From NCBI GenBank assembly GCA_033286805.1, contig GCA_033286805.1_4727.1: a stretch of 64,000 nucleotides of DNA; one strand, written 5' to 3'. The stretch comes from a phage. The position numbers and the translations under genes are program-made. The first letter of the stretch is position 1; the number at the start of each line of letters is the position of its first letter. Positions 58,658 to 64,000 of this stretch are shown here, in pieces. The notes under the pieces were generated by a model that ran no database searches, was not told where the DNA came from, and saw only the letters and a list, made by a program, of their open reading frames with translations.

Positions 58658-58675
58658 GGTGGGGCGAACCCCACC
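58658..58675. terminator. rho-independent-type terminator (GGTGGGG / CGAA / CCCCACC) flanked by A/T runs on both sides
   Basis: 7-bp GC stem with tetraloop; A8 upstream and A4 downstream on plus strand, giving a T8 run after the hairpin on the minus strand. Confidence 0.65.
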
Positions 58676-58700
58676 AAAACGTCAGACACACGCAGGAAAA

Positions 58701-59126
58701 TTAATTCAGTGATGCATATAACGCGTAACGACTGTAGATCTCAACCGCCGGTCCGTTATGCGTTAACAGACCATCCTGGTTGTAATATTGGAAAAATGAA
58801 TAACGTTTGTCGAAGTGATAAACAAAAGCAATGTCTTTGCTGCCAAGACCTGTGATGCGTGGTCTGTTTTTATCTAGCAGAGCTTTGACTTTTAACAGTG
58901 TTGCCGCACGTGCTTTAACGTTAGGGATCAAGCCATCACAATCGATATAAACTGTGTAACCTGTTTCAGATGTTGCGACGGTTGTATTACGATTGACGCG
59001 GAAGATTTTTGTTTCGTATGTACTATCTTCAAGAATTGGGTTTTGTTTTTCGTATTTTCGTTTACGTAGAAATTCTACAACGGTGATATAGTTAGCGGTG
59101 ATATGTCCGGTTATAGCTTGTAACAT
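58701..59126 (-). CDS. hypothetical protein (141 aa)
   Basis: ORF track; first gene downstream of the conserved element copy 3. Confidence 0.55.
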   Translation of the reverse strand: MLQAITGHITANYITVVEFLRKRKYEKQNPILEDSTYETKIFRVNRNTTVATSETGYTVYIDCDGLIPNVKARAATLLKVKALLDKNRPRITGLGSKDIAFVYHFDKRYSFFQYYNQDGLLTHNGPAVEIYSRYALYASLN

Positions 59127-59173
59127 CTTGACATCCTCTTATATCGGATTGATTACAGTTATCTTAAATAGGC

Positions 59174-59253
59174 GATAAGATATTTTGCTCTTATCACTAA
59201 GGTAATGTAGTCGCGAAATAAACTGCGTTAAAACGAAATAAAACAGCATAGAA
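59174..59253 (-). promoter_or_regulatory. conserved roughly 60-nt intergenic element, copy 3, with abutting 7-bp palindrome GATAAGA-N8-TCTTATC
   Basis: near-identical to copy 2 (CACTAAGGTAATGTAGTCGCGAAATAAACTG...CGAAATAAAACAGCATAGAAACC); 68 nt upstream of the ATG at 59126. Confidence 0.5.
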
Positions 59254-59296
59254 ACCTCCTCCCCCATCCTTCAAGAGGACGGTGGGAAGAGGGAGA
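59254..59296 (-). terminator. GC-rich variant hairpin after gene 59299..59700
   Basis: CCTCCTCCCCC...GGGAAGAGGGAGAG imperfect inverted repeat with inner TCCT-TCAA-GAGGA. Confidence 0.4.
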
Positions 59297-59298
59297 GA

Positions 59299-59700
59299 TT
59301 AAATGTCGTGGACGGCAATGCCGTTTAACCAGCAATACAGCTTAACGCGACAGGAATACCGCTTCGTTGCGGCAACCATTTCATCGCGTAAACGCTGGTA
59401 GATTTCATCCTGGTGTTCACGATCAATGGGGTAATCAGCCCAACATTCGATCATGACGTCACCATTCGTCAGAATCGTCGTACGCATCCTGTCCTGGATA
59501 CGGCGGTCTTTCCCGGCATTAGGGAAATACATTCCTTCAGTACGAATAAGGTCGCCGCAGGGCATGACTAACCATTCGTTCGTTTTGCCGGTATTCTTAT
59601 AATCCATTACAGCTTGCATTGCGGTGTCAACGCTAAAAGAAACATAATTCCAAACGGATGTCCAACGATAGATTGCGGGTTGTTCGAGTGTTTCGTTCAT
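59299..59700 (-). CDS. hypothetical protein (133 aa)
   Basis: ORF track; ATG start. Confidence 0.55.
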   Translation of the reverse strand: MNETLEQPAIYRWTSVWNYVSFSVDTAMQAVMDYKNTGKTNEWLVMPCGDLIRTEGMYFPNAGKDRRIQDRMRTTILTNGDVMIECWADYPIDREHQDEIYQRLRDEMVAATKRYSCRVKLYCWLNGIAVHDI

Positions 59701-59754
59701 GGAGTGCTTGTCCTATTTTTATTTTCTGCACAGGATAAATTCAACGGCATAAAG

Positions 59755-59786
59755 CCCTTCCCTGCCCTTATATGGGGCGGGAAGAG
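59755..59786 (-). terminator. GC-rich hairpin (CCCTTCCCTGCCC / TTATAT / GGGGCGGGAAG)
   Basis: imperfect inverted repeat in a 214-bp non-coding gap; GTTTATGACC follows on the plus strand. Confidence 0.4.
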
Positions 59787-59914
59787 TTTATGACCGCAAT
59801 GAGAATCTCTCACGACAAGCTCACGACGATTATCGCATCACCCCGCGAGTGAGGGAGATCAGGATCACCTCCTACGTCGTAACGACAGCAATCCCGTTAA
59901 CGCCACCTTAGGCA

Positions 59915-60541
59915 TTATGCAAAGCGACGCATGTAACCTGCCAGATAGTTACGCGTATCGAAGTAGGCAATTTCAGGAATTGCGATATTAAGGTCGATAG
60001 CACGGATTTCAACTTGGCGACGGCTTTCATCATAGATCGCATCCATCAGACGCAGTACTGTCAGGAAAGCCATGCGGGTATGGTAGTCCAGCGGCATGTT
60101 ATCGATACCGCGATACAGATAACGGTTTGCGTTAAATGCCCCTTCGCTGTTATCTTTCCAGATCTTCAGAATATCAGCAAAGGCGGTGCGGAAAACCTCA
60201 GGATTATCCACATCCAGTAACGCACGGAAAGCAGACATTAAAGACCGCTGATGACGGATCAACGACTGCGGCGTTTGCGGCATGGTCGGACCCATTTCTT
60301 CCGCATATTTCTGGAACGGAGCAACCAGGGTTGCGGCACGAGAAGCCACGATAGAAATAACAGGCGATTCTTTCACCACCGGTTTCGCAGGCTTTTCTTC
60401 AACAACGGTTTCCTTCTTCTCAACAGCGACCGTTTCCGGCTGTGCTACAACATCACTAACCGGAGCATCGGCAACGGTGGTTTCTACCGCAGTAATCTCC
60501 TCGTCCATTTTTGCAGAACGTTGGTCTTTATTCTTGCTCAT
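59915..60541 (-). CDS. hypothetical protein (208 aa)
   Basis: ORF track; ATG start; operonic with the upstream gene. Confidence 0.55.
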   Translation of the reverse strand: MSKNKDQRSAKMDEEITAVETTVADAPVSDVVAQPETVAVEKKETVVEEKPAKPVVKESPVISIVASRAATLVAPFQKYAEEMGPTMPQTPQSLIRHQRSLMSAFRALLDVDNPEVFRTAFADILKIWKDNSEGAFNANRYLYRGIDNMPLDYHTRMAFLTVLRLMDAIYDESRRQVEIRAIDLNIAIPEIAYFDTRNYLAGYMRRFA

Positions 60542-60566
60542 GTTTATTTCCTTTCATTTAACAAGG

Positions 60567-61868
60567 TTAACTAATATAAAGTTCAGGATCGTAAGGCGCT
60601 AACGATACACTGGCGTTATGCATTGCTTTCATCATAGTGTTCATGAAAACGTTGTTTACACCGGTGATCTCTGCCCCGATCGCGTCTGGGGTTGGAGCCA
60701 TCGCGTTACCGCAACAGGTAGCACAGTATTCCAATGGGCCTGCTTTACAACGTTGAGGATCACGTAACTTGATGGTTTGTCCTTCCAAGGAAGCAAGTAA
60801 TTCAGCATCAATAAGTTTAAGCGCCGCGCCGTCGATCATGTAACGACCGACAAGCAGCTTATCTTTGACATGATCGCGGTTTACCGTGAACAGAATATGT
60901 TCGTGGGTACCACAGTCGTCCATCGTGATTTTAAGGTTCTGTGTCGCACGCTGTGATTCTTTCGCCGTCTGTCCCGCTAAAGCGGTCAGTGCGCCACGTG
61001 AGAACGAACCTGCACGTGCACTGTTGTTGTACTCCGCCCAATGGTCGACACGCATCCCTTCAGCCAGGCTGTGTGTGATAACGTTACGTTTACCAGGGTC
61101 AACGAAGTCGGCTTCAACCCCCATCATGATGTGCGTTTTCTTTCGAGTATTACCGAAACTCTTGCCAGGGTTAATATAAAACCCTTCCGATTCATCACCC
61201 TTAAAGGATTCCTTATCCATTTTGGTTAGCGTGGCTTCGAGTTTGATCAGTTCTTCAGGTGTGAACTTACCTTCCTCTTGTAAGCGTGCTAACTCTTTAT
61301 CACGATAGGCAATAATATCATCATCGACCGTTAACGCTTTATCGCTCATCGATGGGACAATTAAACGGTTGATAGCGGTTAACGCACTGATATTGTTGGT
61401 GAATTTCTTCACTTCGCTTGCGTACAGCGGGCCAATAGGACGTTCGTTAGGATCGGGTATCCCCTCTTCGGGATCGTCCGCTACGCGTGGCGCAATCAGT
61501 GATTCCAGTGTACCGCTGGTCAACCGCCCTGCCTGATATTCAATCTGAATACCAAAAGCATCATAAAGGACGTACATATTGAACAACGCTTCACCGAAGG
61601 TTGTGGTGGTCGTATTCTTAACCGACGGTAGATCACCAGGTGCAAGCTCCAATGGCTCCCAGAAACTCAACAGGGGTTTTGTTGGCTCGGTTTCCCATTG
61701 GTGTTCTTCACCGTCGATGGTAACCGTAACGACGTTACCTTGACGACGTAATTTAGGCTGATACTTCTCAGCGCCGCCTTCCGTAAAAGCAAATGCGTCG
61801 TTAATCCATTCAAGATAACGGTAGTGCCCTTCACGCATCGCGTAAAGGAAATATTCACGAGGTGTCAT
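60567..61868 (-). CDS. possible multisubunit RNA polymerase beta-prime-like fragment (433 aa)
   Basis: AAGGAG RBS; segment ...ARAGSFSRGALTALAGQTAKESQRATQNLKITMDDCGTHEH... loosely resembles beta-prime region G (AAQSIGEPGTQLTMRTFH); Cys cluster CKAGPLEYCATCCGN near the C-terminus; weak motif-level evidence only. Confidence 0.35.
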   Translation of the reverse strand: MTPREYFLYAMREGHYRYLEWINDAFAFTEGGAEKYQPKLRRQGNVVTVTIDGEEHQWETEPTKPLLSFWEPLELAPGDLPSVKNTTTTTFGEALFNMYVLYDAFGIQIEYQAGRLTSGTLESLIAPRVADDPEEGIPDPNERPIGPLYASEVKKFTNNISALTAINRLIVPSMSDKALTVDDDIIAYRDKELARLQEEGKFTPEELIKLEATLTKMDKESFKGDESEGFYINPGKSFGNTRKKTHIMMGVEADFVDPGKRNVITHSLAEGMRVDHWAEYNNSARAGSFSRGALTALAGQTAKESQRATQNLKITMDDCGTHEHILFTVNRDHVKDKLLVGRYMIDGAALKLIDAELLASLEGQTIKLRDPQRCKAGPLEYCATCCGNAMAPTPDAIGAEITGVNNVFMNTMMKAMHNASVSLAPYDPELYIS

Positions 61869-61881
61869 GTAACAACTCCTT

Positions 61882-62754
61882 TTAAACCCGGGTCAGGTCA
61901 CCGTGACATGAAACGAACTCTGATAGCGCTCGGGTTGCTTCTTTGGATTCTTCAGCCATCGGGAAGTTTGCGGTAATAAGTTCTCGTAAGACAGGGACGA
62001 GTTCATTATCTTCGAGATCGGAAGCTAAGGCGAATGCAATCAGTTCTTGGGTGTATGCATACGGTTGCTGACGTAATGCAGTAAGCTGATCCCGACACTG
62101 CGACATTAGCAGGTCCAGTGGAACCGCTATCGTACCCCCTTCATCAATATACTGGCTGAACACCGGTGGGAACGCATCGCTGATGACACGAATACGTCGA
62201 CGAATATGATCCGGAATCTGGACGTTTTCTTCGTCAGCGACGTTTTCGCTATCTTTCTCCAGCTTCTTGGTCAGTACCTGTTGGATGCGTGGGAGCAAGC
62301 TTGAATGCACGAAACCGATTAATGGGGTTACGTTAACAGCATCAACGCCGTAAATATGACGCACGCATTCCGCCAGCGCTTCAGCTGTGGTGTAGTCTTC
62401 ATCTTCAACGATAGCGAGTAGAAAAGCGGTATCGTCGTGTGTTTCCAGGTCTAATAACGTAGACGCTAGTGCATGAAGATATTTCAGGCTATCCAGAGTT
62501 AGCTGTCCTTCGTTAATTCGGATCCCGAAGGCAAGCAATTGTTGTTTATAAAGTTCGATACATCCGTTTGTTAAAATGATATCTAATTCGTTTAAATCGT
62601 ATTGTTCCCCAGCACCTGATAACATCGTACTGCAGAACGTTTCCAGTTGTTCACATTTAAAATCTTGGTATAAACGATGCATGCAGTGCTGTAACAGCGT
62701 ACGCCTTGTTTCAGGGATCTTACCTTCTAACAAAGCCAAGACGGAATCAATCAT
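61882..62754 (-). CDS. hypothetical protein (about 290 aa)
   Basis: ORF track start 62760 is GTG; ATG at 62754 with GGAG RBS. Confidence 0.55.
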   Translation of the reverse strand: MIDSVLALLEGKIPETRRTLLQHCMHRLYQDFKCEQLETFCSTMLSGAGEQYDLNELDIILTNGCIELYKQQLLAFGIRINEGQLTLDSLKYLHALASTLLDLETHDDTAFLLAIVEDEDYTTAEALAECVRHIYGVDAVNVTPLIGFVHSSLLPRIQQVLTKKLEKDSENVADEENVQIPDHIRRRIRVISDAFPPVFSQYIDEGGTIAVPLDLLMSQCRDQLTALRQQPYAYTQELIAFALASDLEDNELVPVLRELITANFPMAEESKEATRALSEFVSCHGDLTRV

Positions 62755-62850
62755 ATCCACTCCGATGCGGTAAATGTCTACTAGCTCTCATAATCTATTG
62801 AAGAAACTACCAGCTTACGCCAACTTAGATTAATCAGGAGTAACCATCCC

Positions 62851-63324
62851 ATGCCAGTTTCATCCAAACCAAGAAAAAAATCCGTAGGAAACCCTAAAGC
62901 TCAGGAAACAACAGCGATTCGTTGGGACGAGTTACGTGAACCTATCGAAAACTGCGAATTGTTGTTGGGCACCCTGGGTGCGGCTATTTACCAAGCGACG
63001 CAACCCTGTCGTTTACGATTAACCCAAAACAAACGTGATGAGTTCGTTGCGTTATCAACAAGCACGAATAAAGATCTGACCGAACTTCAAACCGAGTTGA
63101 CGACGATCAAGAACTCCATTACGCCGATGTACGGTAAAGAAGTTGATGAACAAAGTATTCTGTTACAGTACAACTACGGGATGTCGTTAATGAACATCCT
63201 GGAACGCGCATCCGATATTCTGCGTCCTGACGTTGCACGCCTAAGCCAACTGCGTGTCGAAGGGATGGAGAACCAGATCCGATTCGCTAACAGTGTTAAA
63301 TCTCAAGGAGCCACCGAAGCATGA
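62851..63324 (+). CDS. hypothetical protein (157 aa)
   Basis: ORF track; AGGAG RBS; divergent from the minus-strand block. Confidence 0.55.
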   Translation: MPVSSKPRKKSVGNPKAQETTAIRWDELREPIENCELLLGTLGAAIYQATQPCRLRLTQNKRDEFVALSTSTNKDLTELQTELTTIKNSITPMYGKEVDEQSILLQYNYGMSLMNILERASDILRPDVARLSQLRVEGMENQIRFANSVKSQGATEA

Positions 63325-64000
63325 GCGAACAAGAAAAAGAAGTCGTGACGAATCAGGAAGCCGTCGAGCGTTCAGAGTCGTCCGTTGAAACCACGATTCC
63401 GGCAAGTTCCGAGCCTGTTGGTTCCACACAGCAGGAAAGTAAAGACGAAGTCAGCACGACTAAAGAAGATGTAGCGGCTCCAGAAGCAACCCGTGAAGAA
63501 GAACCATCACATCCACCGCTGGTTGATTTCTCGAAAGCAACGATACGTTTCCAATGCGAAGACATTCGTCCTAAGAGCCCGAAGAAAACAAAACGCCAGC
63601 CGCTGGTGTTACCGCTGTATTCTCCGCGTGTACAAACAGCGTATTACAAGGAATACATCAACGAAGCAATGGATACCGTACAAGCCATTGTCGCTCAACG
63701 CGGTAAACCTTCGGACGAGCAATTTGATAAATTCAGTAAAGCGGTAGTGCAATCGGTTGCTGATGGGCAATACCAACCGCGTGGCCCAGCTCACGATCGC
63801 GCCTTGGAACGTAAGGGCAGTCAGTGGACTAACGTACCCGTAGACTCATCGGGTGTTGGTCGCGTTATTCCTGGCATTCCACAACCGAATCATATTCCTG
63901 ATGATGTCGAAGCGCCGCTGACAGGAACCGATGCGATCTATTTTGCAATCCGCAATACGAAATCGGGCGCACCTGCGGTAATGCCGTTATGGCATAGCGG
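63321..64000 (+). CDS. hypothetical protein, 3' end outside window (N-terminus MSEQEKEVVTNQEAVERSE...)
   Basis: ATG at 63321 overlapping the upstream TGA (ATGA); frame open to the window end; acidic S/T/E-rich N-terminus. Confidence 0.5.
   Translation, partial: MSEQEKEVVTNQEAVERSESSVETTIPASSEPVGSTQQESKDEVSTTKEDVAAPEATREEEPSHPPLVDFSKATIRFQCEDIRPKSPKKTKRQPLVLPLYSPRVQTAYYKEYINEAMDTVQAIVAQRGKPSDEQFDKFSKAVVQSVADGQYQPRGPAHDRALERKGSQWTNVPVDSSGVGRVIPGIPQPNHIPDDVEAPLTGTDAIYFAIRNTKSGAPAVMPLWHS

Noticed and set aside
1-64000. CRISPR array interpretation of the repeated GC-rich hairpins
   Set aside because: Copies are dispersed at operon boundaries rather than tandem with uniform spacers, and are individually palindromic.
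1-64000. tRNA genes, terminase large subunit and PhuZ-like tubulin
   Set aside because: No cloverleaf-compatible sequence with a GTTCRANYC T-loop was seen in the larger intergenic gaps; no ORF has a clean Walker A ATPase motif of terminase type; no GGGTG(S/T)G tubulin signature. They may lie outside this window.
1-64000. Prophage or mobile-element boundaries (integrase, transposase, att sites)
   Set aside because: No recombinase-like ORF or host-like flanking genes; gene density and organisation are uniformly phage-like across the window.

Overview
This 64-kb window reads as a densely coding segment (about 50 genes, mostly on the minus strand) of a large virulent dsDNA phage. It is most consistent with a phiKZ-like jumbo phage (chimallivirus type) of an enterobacterium-like host: GC is near 50% and the two most codon-biased genes use E. 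coli-like preferred codons. No similarity search was possible, so every product call rests on motifs, gene organisation and composition read directly from the sequence. The most distinctive signal is non-coding: a dispersed family of at least 14 GC-rich hairpins at operon ends, most followed on the coding strand by a TATG box (TTCTATGCYGT in the best-conserved copies), plus a roughly 60-nt element present three times upstream of minus-strand genes. Coding content supported by motifs includes a candidate major capsid protein (740 aa), a tandem array of five paralogous head/inner-body-like proteins with acidic N-terminal regions, very large acidic proteins (932 to 1201 aa), the N-terminal fragment of a split family-B DNA polymerase, a DnaB-like helicase with a degenerate P-loop, a possible beta-prime-like RNA polymerase fragment, and a membrane-anchored M48-like zinc metalloprotease. 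No tRNA, rRNA, CRISPR array, integrase or transposase was recognised. I could not identify a single defined novel system with confidence; the candidates are listed as findings with their uncertainty.
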